Notes: generated by a model from the letters alone, not told the origin. Counted from the stretch's first letter, positions 1-9,339 are shown. The stretch: DNA of 19,684 bases from Acutalibacteraceae bacterium (GCA_045643805.1 JAZRFT010000006.1:1-19684); one strand, 5' to 3'. Translations and numbers: made by a program.

Positions 1-141
1 CACTCTTGATATCCGAGTGCTAACCTCTGTCACAAATATACTATCATTGCTAAAAAAAGACAATAGAAAAAGGCAACTTTTTTTAAAAAATTTTGAAATT
101 CCTTAAAAAAGCTGCTTTTGTTATTATTTTGTGCTCCGTTA

Positions 142-1023
142 TTATTTTGTATGGTATACAACTCTGTTATTCTCAAGATCGGTATAAATCAGGTCGTCCT
201 CAATAAGTGACTGCAGAAGATTTTTAACCATTACCGCATACATACAGTATTTCGGCATTTTAATTTTCAGCTCTTCCCTTTTCATAACTGCATCAAAAAG
301 CTCCTCAAAGCTTTTGCCCTCGCAAAGCTCAAAAATCATACGCTTTTTTTCCTTGAGCTTTTCAATATTATACTCCGCAAGCTCCCTTATATCCTCAACC
401 GGAGGATTATGAGAGGGAACAAAAAGACGTGCCTTCATTTCCTTGATTTTTTCAAGAGTTGCAATGGCTTTGTTTACATTATAAAAAAAGGGAAGCCTGT
501 AATTTTCCCAGGTGGTTACGGAAAGTATGGAATCTGCAAGGAAAACTACATCATCGGGAGTGCGTACGCCAATCATTTCAAATCCGTGGCCGGGAAGCTC
601 AATTATTTCAAAGCCCTCAGGGATATTATCTGCCGTAATAATTTCTGTTTCACTCGGCTCACTGCCGTAAAAGGGATTGGCGCTTTTATCAACGCTGAGT
701 GCAACGTTGTAAAAATCCGCCTCAAGCTCGGTATTATAAATAAAGGCCTGCTCAAGCCTTGTGCTTAAAAGCTTACAGCCGTACTTGTCCTGAAAATATC
801 TGTTTCCGCAAATGTGGTCAACATGGCAATGGGTATTGATAACAAGAGAAACGGTCAACCCCATTTCCGTGAGCTCACGGTCAAGTCCCCTGACCATTCT
901 TTTATGGTCGCAGGTGTCAATCAGCACCGCTTCTTTTTCACTCAGCTTATAAATACCCACATTTGTAAAAGCGTCATAATATAAGGTATTGCCCTTAAGA
1001 TGTTTTACTTCAAACATCAGCAT
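142..1023 (-). CDS. MBL-fold metallo-hydrolase
   Basis: 293-aa ORF with the metallo-beta-lactamase HxHxDH signature (NTHCHVDHICGN) and later His/Asp ligand motifs (ELPGHGFE, FLADS). GGAGAG sits directly against the first ATG, so the ATG at 1017 (MFEVKH...) is the more likely start. Confidence 0.85.
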   Translation of the reverse strand: MLMFEVKHLKGNTLYYDAFTNVGIYKLSEKEAVLIDTCDHKRMVRGLDRELTEMGLTVSLVINTHCHVDHICGNRYFQDKYGCKLLSTRLEQAFIYNTELEADFYNVALSVDKSANPFYGSEPSETEIITADNIPEGFEIIELPGHGFEMIGVRTPDDVVFLADSILSVTTWENYRLPFFYNVNKAIATLEKIKEMKARLFVPSHNPPVEDIRELAEYNIEKLKEKKRMIFELCEGKSFEELFDAVMKREELKIKMPKYCMYAVMVKNLLQSLIEDDLIYTDLENNRVVYHTK

Positions 1024-1099
1024 CTCTCCATAATCATTTTGTATTGCATTTAACGCTGTATTGTGTTATTATCTGTAAAAAGGAAAGGAGTGACCCGTA

Positions 1100-1456
1100 A
1101 TGATTCTAGGTATTGCCGGTTCAAGAAGCCTCAACAAGCCCTTACCGGAAGAGCTGATGCCTCCTTATATTGATAAAATCATTTCAGGCGGTGCAAGAGG
1201 TATTGACAGATGTGCAAGAAATTATGCACTCGAAAACCATATCTGCATAATGGAAATACTACCCGAATATGAGCTTTACGGACGCCGCGCTCCCCTTTTA
1301 AGGAACGACTGGATAATAAAGCTTTGCGATATGATGTACATTTTCTGGGACGGCAAAAGTCACGGCTCGGACTATGTAATAAAAAAATGTATTGAAACGG
1401 GAACTCCCCACAAGGTTTTCACCTTTGAAAACGGAAAATACGTACCTATGAAATAA
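1100..1456 (+). CDS. SLOG/DUF2493-like small Rossmann-fold protein (DprA/Smf-LOG superfamily)
   Basis: 118-aa ORF. The GIAGSRS...GGARGID motifs resemble the SLOG/DprA nucleotide-binding fold. AAAGGAG lies 7 nt upstream of the ATG and a terminator follows immediately. Confidence 0.55.
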   Translation: MILGIAGSRSLNKPLPEELMPPYIDKIISGGARGIDRCARNYALENHICIMEILPEYELYGRRAPLLRNDWIIKLCDMMYIFWDGKSHGSDYVIKKCIETGTPHKVFTFENGKYVPMK

Positions 1457-1491
1457 GTGCCCAACGGAAGGTTGCGGCACTTTGTTTTTTT
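1457..1491 (+). terminator. Rho-independent terminator after the SLOG-like gene
   Basis: Stem GTGCC-CAAC / GTTG-(C)-GGCAC (1457-1480, one bulge) followed by TTTGTTTTTTT. Confidence 0.6.
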
Positions 1492-1502
1492 CATAAAAAA
1501 AA

Positions 1503-1840
1503 TGAGTGAGCCTGTAAGCCGAGTTCTGTCTTTTAAGGCAATTATCTATCTAGGCCGCGGATTGCTCCGTGGCTCAAGCCACCCGTCGGTTTTCGCCCAG
1601 CTGACGTATCATATCCTGTCGGTGTTGCTTCGGGTAGGGTTTACATGGCCGTGCAGTCTCCTGCACGCCGGTGAGCTCTTACCTCGCCTTTCCATCCTTA
1701 CCGCATAAATGCGGCGGTTTATTTCTGTTGCACTATCCCTAAGGTTGCCCTCGGCGGTCGTTAACCGTTACCCTGCTGTATGAAGCTCGGACTTTCCTCA
1801 CGTTTCAAAATGAAACCCGCAACTGCCCAGCTCACTCACA
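1503..1840 (-). ncRNA. rnpB: RNase P RNA (bacterial type A)
   Basis: The reverse complement contains the universal P4 strand GAGGAAAGTCCG (1788-1799) and AGTGCAACAGAAATAAACCGCC. It also has GGTAAGGATGGAAAGGCGAGGTAAGAGCTCACCG and the 3' ACAGAACTCGGCTTACAG. The P1 stem pairs GAGTGAGC (1504-1511) with GCTCACTC (1830-1837). The six-frame ORFs here (1457-1708 etc.) are artefacts. Confidence 0.88.
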
Positions 1841-1846
1841 AATGGT

Positions 1847-1875
1847 ATTTTACAAGAAAATTGCAGAAATGTCAA
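1847..1875 (-). promoter_or_regulatory. Sigma-A type promoter for rnpB
   Basis: On the minus strand TTGACA (1875-1870), 17 nt, TAAAAT (1852-1847), placing the start about 6-7 nt before the P1 stem. Confidence 0.5.
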
Positions 1876-1946
1876 AGCCTTTGACAAAAAAACACATTTA
1901 AATTTAAGTTTATTTTTAACAACATATCTTTAAATAAACAAAACCC

Positions 1947-1975
1947 TTGTTAAAAACGATTTTATATAGTATAAT
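1947..1975 (+). promoter_or_regulatory. Sigma-A type promoter for the LCP gene
   Basis: TTGTTA (1947-1952), 17 nt, TATAAT (1970-1975). The predicted start near 1982 argues against the ATG at 1983 as start codon. Confidence 0.5.
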
Positions 1976-2009
1976 ATCTTAAATGTATATAAAAATTACG
2001 GAGGACAAA

Positions 2010-3440
2010 ATGGACGATATATATTTTACCGACAAAAGAAGTCGCCGTAACGGCAATGATGATAAACCAAAAAATGACCGTTTCACCCAAAGTGAATACA
2101 ACGATATAAGCTCAAACCCCAATTTAAAAAAGCGATCCTCTGCACCCGTTGTTCCGCCTAAAAAAACAGGCTTCACCGTCAACATTCCCGACGATGAGTT
2201 TAACGTTCCCGAATATCAGCCTGCAAGAGACCGCACACCCCAGGGTCAGCGCAGAGTTCCTGTTCAGCCGACACGAACACCTTCGGGAATAAAGGTAAGT
2301 GACAGCGTTTCACTTGAATATAAGCAGGGTGCAAAAAATCATGCTCCGGGCCGTACCCCCTCTGCTCCCCGTTCAAGAACACCGCAGAAGCCTCCCGTGG
2401 CACAGCACAAGGTGAAGAAAAAAATCGGCGGTAAAATCGCACTTGCAGTTGTGCTTCTTCTTGCAATAGGTATTGCAGGCATTTTCAGCTACGGCTACTC
2501 GATACTCGGCAACATCGACTACGATGACAGCATCACGGAAAATGCTTACCTGGGTGACATCACTCTCAAGAGCAGCCCCTCGGTGAAAAACATTCTCATC
2601 ATCGGCAGTGACGCAAGAGACGGGGAAGGTGTATCGGGCCAGCGTTCAGACTCAATGATTCTTTTCTCCATCGACAAGCTTCACAAGGAAATCAAGCTTT
2701 CATCCTTCCTTCGTGACAGCTTTGTGTACATTCCCGAGGCTGAATACAGGGATAAGCTTAACGCCGCCTTCAGCTACGGCGGTGCACAGACCACCATTGA
2801 CACCCTTGAATATAATTACGAGGTTGACATTGACAATTATGTTATAATCAACTTTGACGTTTTCAAGCAGTTCATCAATCTTCTCGGCGGTGTACCCGTT
2901 GAGGTTACGGAATATGAAGCGGAATATATGGTCAAAGACCTCAAGTTTATCTACATCAAGCCCGGTGTAAACAATATGAACGGTAATGCCGCACTTATGT
3001 ATTGCCGTATGCGTTACCTCGACAACGACTTTGAAAGAACAGCAAGACAAAGAAAGGTAATCAAGGCCGTTATAAGCAAGGTTGCCAAAACAAGCCCCGT
3101 TGTTCTTGTGGATATAGTAAAGCAGATTGTTTCCAATATCAAAACAGATATTCCCCAGAAGGACCTGCTTTCCCTCGGAGTTGGCGCAGCGCTCAGCTTC
3201 CTTCGTTACGACATTGTTCAGCAGCAGATTCCTGCCGAAGGTACCTGGTGGGATGAAAACATTGACGGCTCCGATGTAATCCGCCTTGACATTGAAACAA
3301 ACACCGCCATTCTCCAACAGTTTGTTTTTGAAAAGTATGATGCAAAGGCTATCGAGGCACTTGCCGATAAGGCCGAGCAGTATTCCTACTACGAAGAGGA
3401 AGAGGAAGAAGACGACGAATACTACAACGAATATTATTAA
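2010..3440 (+). CDS. LytR-CpsA-Psr (LCP) family cell-wall glycopolymer transferase
   Basis: The ORF is open from 1983, but GGAGG (1999-2003) precedes the in-frame ATG at 2010 (MDDIYF...). Pro/Arg-rich N-terminal region, one TM helix (KIALAVVLLLAIGIAGIFSYGY), then the LCP core (ILIIGSDARDG...GQRSDSMILFSID...LRDSFVYIP...MRYLDNDFERTARQRKV). Confidence 0.85.
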   Translation: MDDIYFTDKRSRRNGNDDKPKNDRFTQSEYNDISSNPNLKKRSSAPVVPPKKTGFTVNIPDDEFNVPEYQPARDRTPQGQRRVPVQPTRTPSGIKVSDSVSLEYKQGAKNHAPGRTPSAPRSRTPQKPPVAQHKVKKKIGGKIALAVVLLLAIGIAGIFSYGYSILGNIDYDDSITENAYLGDITLKSSPSVKNILIIGSDARDGEGVSGQRSDSMILFSIDKLHKEIKLSSFLRDSFVYIPEAEYRDKLNAAFSYGGAQTTIDTLEYNYEVDIDNYVIINFDVFKQFINLLGGVPVEVTEYEAEYMVKDLKFIYIKPGVNNMNGNAALMYCRMRYLDNDFERTARQRKVIKAVISKVAKTSPVVLVDIVKQIVSNIKTDIPQKDLLSLGVGAALSFLRYDIVQQQIPAEGTWWDENIDGSDVIRLDIETNTAILQQFVFEKYDAKAIEALADKAEQYSYYEEEEEEDDEYYNEYY

Positions 3441-3479
3441 AAGCATAACCCCTGACTGTTTAGGTCAGGGGTTATGCTT
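3441..3479. terminator. Bidirectional terminator between convergent genes
   Basis: Perfect 16-bp stem AAGCATAACCCCTGAC (3441-3456) / GTCAGGGGTTATGCTT (3464-3479), flanked by A-run and T-run. Confidence 0.8.
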
Positions 3480-3492
3480 TATATAAAAAGAT

Positions 3493-3684
3493 TTACTTTT
3501 CTCTTTTTATCCTGAATTTAGCAAGAATTGAATCAAGCTTTGCAAATTCAGCCTCTGCCTTTTCGGCATCTTTTTCAAGGCTTGCTTCTCTGTTATAGTT
3601 GAGAAGGTCACAGCCGCATTCGGAGCAGTTCTGTTTAATGTAAAAAATACTTATTTTTTTACCGCATTTAGGACACTTGTTCAT
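3493..3684 (-). CDS. Small zinc-ribbon protein
   Basis: 63-aa ORF with CPKC...CSEC (two CxxC pairs) and a charged helical tail. Its ATG overlaps the transporter stop codon as TAATG. Confidence 0.6.
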   Translation of the reverse strand: MNKCPKCGKKISIFYIKQNCSECGCDLLNYNREASLEKDAEKAEAEFAKLDSILAKFRIKREK

Positions 3685-5117
3685 TATTCTGCCTCCTTAA
3701 TGATTGATTCCTGTCTTTCTCTGTTTGCTTCCTGAATCATTTTAAGCTTATCACCCTCAAGGTCGTAGAAGAAGTACGGGATAAGTGAGAACAGACCGAG
3801 CAGAGTGGGAATGCAGGTAACAAGACCCCAGAGCCAGAATAACGTATTCACTCCACTACCTTCAACAAGGACCATTTCCTCGCCAACCTCGGCAAGACCG
3901 ATAATAGGCATAATGAATGCGGCAATTGCCGTTGTAAGCGAGCCTGTGAGCTTACTGATAAAGGTGAGAATTGAAAATGACATTCCCTCGTTTCTCTTGC
4001 CGGTTTTCCACTCCATGTAGTCTACGGTTTCACCAATCATCTTGGTAGGAATAACCGCTCTTATTGAACCGTTAATTGCGCCCGAAACACCCTGAACCAT
4101 AAGAAGAGGAACGATAATTTTCGGGTCTGTATAGAACTTGCAGCCTGCAAGGAAAACACACAAAGTAACAAAAGCATGGAAGAAGGACATACGCACAACA
4201 ATCTGCTTTGAGCTCCAGCGCTTTTCAAGGATTGTCATAAGCGGATAGGTAAGCCAACCCATAACAGTACCGGGAATTCCGGCAAGAATTGAAAGGCTGT
4301 TAATACCGAGGGACATTGTGTAGAAATATGTGTTGAAGGTGCCGCCTATACCCTCTACCGTACCGATAATGCTTGAAAACGTAAGCAGGAAAAGGGGCTT
4401 ATTTTTGAAAAGATAGCGGAAGCAATCGAGAAGCCTCGGATCATCGTTTGATTGCACAACTCTCTCCTTTGTGCAGATGCCCGAAAGAGAGAAAAGAAGC
4501 ATACCGAAGGTACCTGCAACAATACCGAGAATGAGGAATACCTGCGCCATTGAAAGAGGGATAACGCCGTTTCTTGCAAGGTCAACGCAGGGAATAATTA
4601 CAAGTCCGGGAATACCGCCGATAATACCCGAGATAAGTCTTGCCGACTTGATTACCCTTGAGCGGTCATCGGGATTAGGTGAAATTGCCGCCGAAAGTCC
4701 CCAGAAGGGAATGTCACCGATAGTATAGAAAAACTCCCAGATGAAATAGGTCACGCTCATAAAAATGATTTTAACCAATGTTGAAGCGTTGCCGAGGAAA
4801 ACGGGACCTCCGAAGAAAAGCACCGTAATAAGTCCGAGCGGGACAGGTGTAAAAATAAGGTAGGGTCGGAGCTTGCCGTAACGGGTACGGGTCTTGTCAA
4901 CGATTGAGCCCATAAGAGGGTCGTTGAAGGCATCCCAGAAGCCCATAAGAAGAATCATTGTACCGACCGCCTCGGCAGGTACGCCGAAAACAGTTACAAG
5001 GAAAAATGTAAGCTGTCCTCTGACCATATTGTAGCCTATACATTGTCCGCCGTTTGCTATGCCGTAAAGGAGGGTTTCCTTAACTCCGACATAACGCTTT
5101 TGTTTTGTTTCTGTCAT
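3684..5117 (-). CDS. GPH-family (glycoside-pentoside-hexuronide) sugar:cation symporter, MFS
   Basis: 477 aa, about 12 hydrophobic helices, and the GPH signature after TM2 (DAFNDPLMGSIVDKTRTRYGKLRPYL). AAGGAG lies upstream of the ATG. Confidence 0.85.
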   Translation of the reverse strand: MTETKQKRYVGVKETLLYGIANGGQCIGYNMVRGQLTFFLVTVFGVPAEAVGTMILLMGFWDAFNDPLMGSIVDKTRTRYGKLRPYLIFTPVPLGLITVLFFGGPVFLGNASTLVKIIFMSVTYFIWEFFYTIGDIPFWGLSAAISPNPDDRSRVIKSARLISGIIGGIPGLVIIPCVDLARNGVIPLSMAQVFLILGIVAGTFGMLLFSLSGICTKERVVQSNDDPRLLDCFRYLFKNKPLFLLTFSSIIGTVEGIGGTFNTYFYTMSLGINSLSILAGIPGTVMGWLTYPLMTILEKRWSSKQIVVRMSFFHAFVTLCVFLAGCKFYTDPKIIVPLLMVQGVSGAINGSIRAVIPTKMIGETVDYMEWKTGKRNEGMSFSILTFISKLTGSLTTAIAAFIMPIIGLAEVGEEMVLVEGSGVNTLFWLWGLVTCIPTLLGLFSLIPYFFYDLEGDKLKMIQEANRERQESIIKEAE

Positions 5118-5135
5118 ATTCTTTCTCCTTTAATG

Positions 5136-6086
5136 TTATTGCACATACATTGCACCCGTAAAGGCAAGCAAAGTATCTGTTTTTTCATCAATATCTCCCC
5201 ATAATTCAAGGGAATACCATTGACCCTTTTCAAAGCAGAAGGCAAGCTCCCTTTCCGTTGCAGCAATAGCCTTAACCGTTCCACCGCCCTTTGAAACAAG
5301 GCGTATTTCCTTGAACGTAAAGTGCTGACCTTGGGCAACTCTCTTTTGCCTTTCGGTGTCAAGGGTAATTTCAAGAATGTTTTCACCTGCAGGCATTTCA
5401 TCACCCACGGTAAAGCCGTCGGAAGTTTCAAAAGTGAAAAAGGGTCCGGTTGTGATAACCGTTCTGCCCTCATTAAGGGCGGTTTTCATTTTATCACCCG
5501 TCAGCTTACCGGCCTCACAATAAAGATAAGTGCAGGCGGCAAGGTTTACATTGCCGTTCAGACGGTGCCAGTCCCTACCCATTGAGGGAGCAATTCTGTA
5601 ACCCTTATCAAGAAGGCTGTGCCACAAGGCTCTTGCTTTTTTGTTGGGAGTATTGAGATAAGGACAGCCCTCGGAAAAGGCCTCGATATAGCTCACATTC
5701 TCCCATTTTGTTATATTGTAATCCCAATGTCCGCCGGTACAGATGGGCGTACCAAGCTGAAAGGGATGTGCAATGCCTACAATTCCGCCGTTTTCACGGA
5801 ATTCCTCAATTGTACAGTCAATATTACAGATATCGGTAAAATCAATGATATGAGCAGTACCGAGGCAAAGCATATGACCGTGATAGGTTGTGTATTCAAT
5901 GCCCTTTAAAACGGCAATTTCGTCCTGTTTATCCGTTTCTTCCCAACCTGATGTTGTGTTATGATCAGTAAGGCAGATGCCCGAAAGCTCTCTGCTTTTT
6001 GCGGCATTGAGTAATTCCTCAACAGTAAAGCTTCCGTCGGAGTGAAGGGTGTGGCAATGAAGCTCACATGGATACCATTTTTTCAT
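5136..6086 (-). CDS. PHP-domain metal-dependent phosphoesterase (CehA/McbA-like)
   Basis: 316 aa. N-terminal PHP motif CELHCHTLHSDGS, then CLTDHNT and further His clusters (YHGHM, IAHPF). Confidence 0.75.
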   Translation of the reverse strand: MKKWYPCELHCHTLHSDGSFTVEELLNAAKSRELSGICLTDHNTTSGWEETDKQDEIAVLKGIEYTTYHGHMLCLGTAHIIDFTDICNIDCTIEEFRENGGIVGIAHPFQLGTPICTGGHWDYNITKWENVSYIEAFSEGCPYLNTPNKKARALWHSLLDKGYRIAPSMGRDWHRLNGNVNLAACTYLYCEAGKLTGDKMKTALNEGRTVITTGPFFTFETSDGFTVGDEMPAGENILEITLDTERQKRVAQGQHFTFKEIRLVSKGGGTVKAIAATERELAFCFEKGQWYSLELWGDIDEKTDTLLAFTGAMYVQ

Positions 6087-6547
6087 ATGAGCACCTCACC
6101 TTCAATTTTTACGTTGCAGGTGCAGTTTTCTGTAACAAGAGCGTGAACATTAAGGCAGAGCTTCCACTCACCTGCTGAGATTTTGCCTTTAAGGAAGCCA
6201 ACGGAAGCAAAGTCCTCGCTTATTTCGTGGTACTGCTCGTCAGCCTGACGGTGTGCCGCACCGCGGAAGCCCTCGGGAGAATAAAGTGAAAGGGTTACAA
6301 GATTTTTAAGAGGCATAAACTCCTCGTAATCTGTATATTCCGTCCACTCCTCACCTGCGTCACGGATAAGATTCTCTTTGATAAGCTCAAAGCTTTTTTC
6401 CTTATCCTCGAGGATTTTCGGAGAATAGGAATAATTGATAATAAGCTTTGTTACTCCGTCGGGAACAAGGAAGGGAATATATCTTGTGCTTTTTTCGTCG
6501 TCAGGACGAAGATGTGTTTGTGTTTGTTTTAAAACAATCTTACTCAT
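6083..6547 (-). CDS. Hypothetical protein, probably beta-rich, coupled to the PHP gene
   Basis: 154-aa ORF with no motif I recognise. ATGA overlap with the downstream PHP gene and an 8-nt overlap with the upstream GH4 gene. Confidence 0.6.
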   Translation of the reverse strand: MSKIVLKQTQTHLRPDDEKSTRYIPFLVPDGVTKLIINYSYSPKILEDKEKSFELIKENLIRDAGEEWTEYTDYEEFMPLKNLVTLSLYSPEGFRGAAHRQADEQYHEISEDFASVGFLKGKISAGEWKLCLNVHALVTENCTCNVKIEGEVLI

Positions 6548-7919
6548 ACCATTTACCTATATATTTTTCATATCTTTCACTGTAAACATCAACAAGCTTT
6601 TTTGCAATCGGATAAGAGCAGATAAGCGGATGCACCGTAAGAGCCTTGACAGCCTTTTTCTTGCTCTTTTCCATTATGGCTTCAACGGTAAGGTTTTCGT
6701 AATGCTTCACGGCACAGATAAGGTTTTTCTGCATTTCGGGCACATTTACAGCCTTGTGGGGATGGACGCCCTCACCGTCAACGGTGCAGGTAATTTCGCA
6801 CACATCCTCGGGCTTTAAAAAGTCGAGTGCGCCCTCATTGGGGATTGAAAGCACCATCTGTACGGGAATACCCGTATTCTTCGCCTTGATGAATTCAAGG
6901 GCAACCGCCGCATAACCGCCGTTATCGGGAAGCTTTACATATTCCTCTGCGGTGGGAACTGCAAACTTTTCCTCACGCACCTTACCGCTTTCAATGGAGA
7001 AGTAACTGTTTTCTCTCATTGCGTAATGCTCCATAAAGCAATGAAACGCCTTTTCAAAATCAATGTCAATGTCAATTGTTCTCATTTCTTCGAGCATATG
7101 ATTATTGATTTCAAGGATTGTTTCACCACGGGTTTTACTGCTTGCAAGCACGGAAGAAACTGCCTTGTCACGGTAGTGATAGAAATAAAGGTATTCGTTG
7201 GGAAGAAGGTAATCCGAAAGCTCGGTGATACCCTCTTCAAAAAGACGCATTTCCGTTTTTGTGTAAAGGTCGGGATGGTTGATGATTTCCTCGGTCATAT
7301 CCTTGTCACCCACCCTGAAATCAGTAAACCATGAAAGGTGATTAAGTCCGAAGCATTCAAAGTTAAGTGCCTTTTCACCAGTCATTTCCTTAAGCTGACG
7401 TAAAAATCCACTCGGAGCATCACAAACGCCGTAGGTATTGCTGTAACCCATTGTACGAAGCGCCTGAGTTACAAGTCCGCTCGGGTTAGTAAAGTTAAAA
7501 ATCGGAGCATCGGGCTTTGAAAGTGTCTTTGCCTTTTCGCAATACTCCTTAAGGGTATGTATACTGCGAAGCGCCATAGCAAAACCGCCTGCGCCTGTTG
7601 TTTCCTGACCGAGAACTCCCTCATTAAGAGCCGAACGCTCGTCAAAAACTCTGCCCTCGTCACCCTCGGCACGGATGGTTGTGATGATGTAATCCGCATC
7701 CTTGAGTGCCTCGTCGGCATTGCTTGTAAGTGAAAAAGCAAGATCGGGGGCAATCATATGAGCAATACGCTTTGCAATTTTGCCGTAAATGTAAAGCTTC
7801 TCCTCGTCGATATCCATAAACACAACCTCGGTTATGCCCGTATCCTTTGCACCGAGGGCAAGGGACTTTGCAAGGAAGGGTGAACGGACACCGCCACCGC
7901 CTAAAACCGCTAACTTCAT
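6540..7919 (-). CDS. Glycoside hydrolase family 4 (NAD/Mn-dependent glycosidase or 6-phospho-glycosidase)
   Basis: 459 aa. N-terminal dinucleotide fold KLAVLGGGGVRSP and the GH4 blocks FNFTNPSGLVTQA, YGVCDAPSG and GLNHLSW. AAGGAG lies upstream. Confidence 0.85.
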   Translation of the reverse strand: MKLAVLGGGGVRSPFLAKSLALGAKDTGITEVVFMDIDEEKLYIYGKIAKRIAHMIAPDLAFSLTSNADEALKDADYIITTIRAEGDEGRVFDERSALNEGVLGQETTGAGGFAMALRSIHTLKEYCEKAKTLSKPDAPIFNFTNPSGLVTQALRTMGYSNTYGVCDAPSGFLRQLKEMTGEKALNFECFGLNHLSWFTDFRVGDKDMTEEIINHPDLYTKTEMRLFEEGITELSDYLLPNEYLYFYHYRDKAVSSVLASSKTRGETILEINNHMLEEMRTIDIDIDFEKAFHCFMEHYAMRENSYFSIESGKVREEKFAVPTAEEYVKLPDNGGYAAVALEFIKAKNTGIPVQMVLSIPNEGALDFLKPEDVCEITCTVDGEGVHPHKAVNVPEMQKNLICAVKHYENLTVEAIMEKSKKKAVKALTVHPLICSYPIAKKLVDVYSERYEKYIGKWYE

Positions 7920-8788
7920 ATTGTTTTCTCCTTTATTTCAAACTTCTCAATTATTTCTTCATCAGGGAAATCAAACAGGAACCAACCCTTATTTCCCGCA
8001 AGGTCATAAGCTTTAAAAAGAGTGTTCATTTCCTCTGCCGTTTTAACAAGGCTTTCATTTTTGTATCTGTAAGCGGAGCTTATAAAATGAACGCTGATGT
8101 TATTTTCATCACACTTGCAAGCTTCAAGGAATGGCTTTTCGCATTTGTTCCATTTTCGTGAAGGAGCAAGACCGTATCTGTCCTGAACAACTGCCCTTTG
8201 ATTTTCATTAAGAACAACGGGGTAAATTTTTTCTTTCCTTTTACCGCCCTGGTCCTTCCAACAAGAAAAGTCAAGACCGCAGTCCTTTTCCTTTGCCCAC
8301 CAAGGAAAAACCTTGCACCTACGCATAAGCACCATTTTTCCGCGGCACTCGGAAAGGGTGGGAATTTCATTTTTCAGGTACCACTCATTTTCATTGCCGA
8401 CTATGTACTTTTCATAAAAGGCAGGGAAAAACCATCGGTTCATAATTCCTCTGTCCTGCTTGATGCTCACAATAAGGATTTCGTCAGGATTGGCCTTTAA
8501 AAATTCACGGAAATCGGAAAGCACATCATCAAAGATGAGTTTCTTTTGCTTACCGCTGTCAGTAAAGCAATCGGCAAGGGAGTGGCAAAGGTAAAAATCC
8601 TTACCGCTTTTATAAAGACGTATATCAAAAAGGCGGATACCGAGCTCCAGCTGTTCTTTTACCGTAAGGCTCTGACAACGGCACATATTTTCCATTGTGC
8701 AAAAAGCCGTACAGCTGTCGTGGGTGCCGGGTATATTTACCTCGGAAAGGTAAATTTCATCAGGCAACGCCGAAAAAAATGCCTTCAT
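7916..8788 (-). CDS. PI-PLC X-domain (PLC-like phosphodiesterase) protein, cytoplasmic
   Basis: 290 aa. NIPGTHDS and GIRLFDIRL match the catalytic X-box of bacterial phosphatidylinositol-specific phospholipase C. No signal peptide. ATGA overlap with the GH4 gene. Confidence 0.7.
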   Translation of the reverse strand: MKAFFSALPDEIYLSEVNIPGTHDSCTAFCTMENMCRCQSLTVKEQLELGIRLFDIRLYKSGKDFYLCHSLADCFTDSGKQKKLIFDDVLSDFREFLKANPDEILIVSIKQDRGIMNRWFFPAFYEKYIVGNENEWYLKNEIPTLSECRGKMVLMRRCKVFPWWAKEKDCGLDFSCWKDQGGKRKEKIYPVVLNENQRAVVQDRYGLAPSRKWNKCEKPFLEACKCDENNISVHFISSAYRYKNESLVKTAEEMNTLFKAYDLAGNKGWFLFDFPDEEIIEKFEIKEKTI

Positions 8789-8907
8789 TTAACCGCCTCT
8801 TTTCCTTATTTTTTATTATCTTCAATAATACCCTAAACGAGAAAAAAATTCAACATCAAATTGCTTTTTTCATATAATATAACACAAATAAAAAAGGAGG
8901 CTGTACC

Positions 8908-9231
8908 TTGACCACCCATTCAAGCAATAATTATGATTTTTCACTCGGCAGACTGACTGTAACAAAGGCACAGCTTAACCCACCGTTTTTCATCCCGTCG
9001 GATAATATTTTTGCCGTAATGCTTAAAAACAACGGTGATACTCCCCTATCTTTGCAGAAAATGACCTTTGCCTGCGAGGGTTTTATTGAAGGCTCGGCGG
9101 TTATGTTTGTCAAGAGGGAAAGGATAACGCTTGAGGCTACGGAAACGGATGGTAAAATAACCGTTTACGGAATTTACATACCGCCAAGGGAAAATGTGAT
9201 TGTTTTTTACAGAATGAGGGCGGAGGGATAA
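8908..9231 (+). CDS. Hypothetical protein (TTG start)
   Basis: 107-aa ORF. AAAAGGAGG lies 7 nt upstream of the TTG at 8908 and a strong terminator follows directly. Confidence 0.5.
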   Translation: MTTHSSNNYDFSLGRLTVTKAQLNPPFFIPSDNIFAVMLKNNGDTPLSLQKMTFACEGFIEGSAVMFVKRERITLEATETDGKITVYGIYIPPRENVIVFYRMRAEG

Positions 9232-9259
9232 AAAAGGAACGGCGGCTGCCGTTCCTTTT
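9232..9259 (+). terminator. Rho-independent terminator
   Basis: Stem GGAACGGC (9236-9243) / GCCGTTCC (9248-9255), loop GGCT, then TTTT. Confidence 0.75.
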
Positions 9260-9310
9260 AAGGTTTTGTTAATGCTTTATTTTGGAAAATTAAGCCACAT
9301 CAACCCTGTC

Positions 9311-9339
9311 TTGATTTTTAAAGTGAAATAAAATATAAT
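9311..9339 (+). promoter_or_regulatory. Sigma-A type promoter for the radical SAM gene
   Basis: TTGATT (9311-9316), 17 nt, TATAAT (9334-9339). The ORF-track ATG at 9338 lies inside the -10 box. Confidence 0.6.

Noticed and set aside
1298-2185. ORFs 1298-1480, 1457-1708 and 1979-2185.
   Set aside because: 1457-1708 lies on the RNase P RNA and the terminator. The other two are antisense to the SLOG-like and LCP genes.
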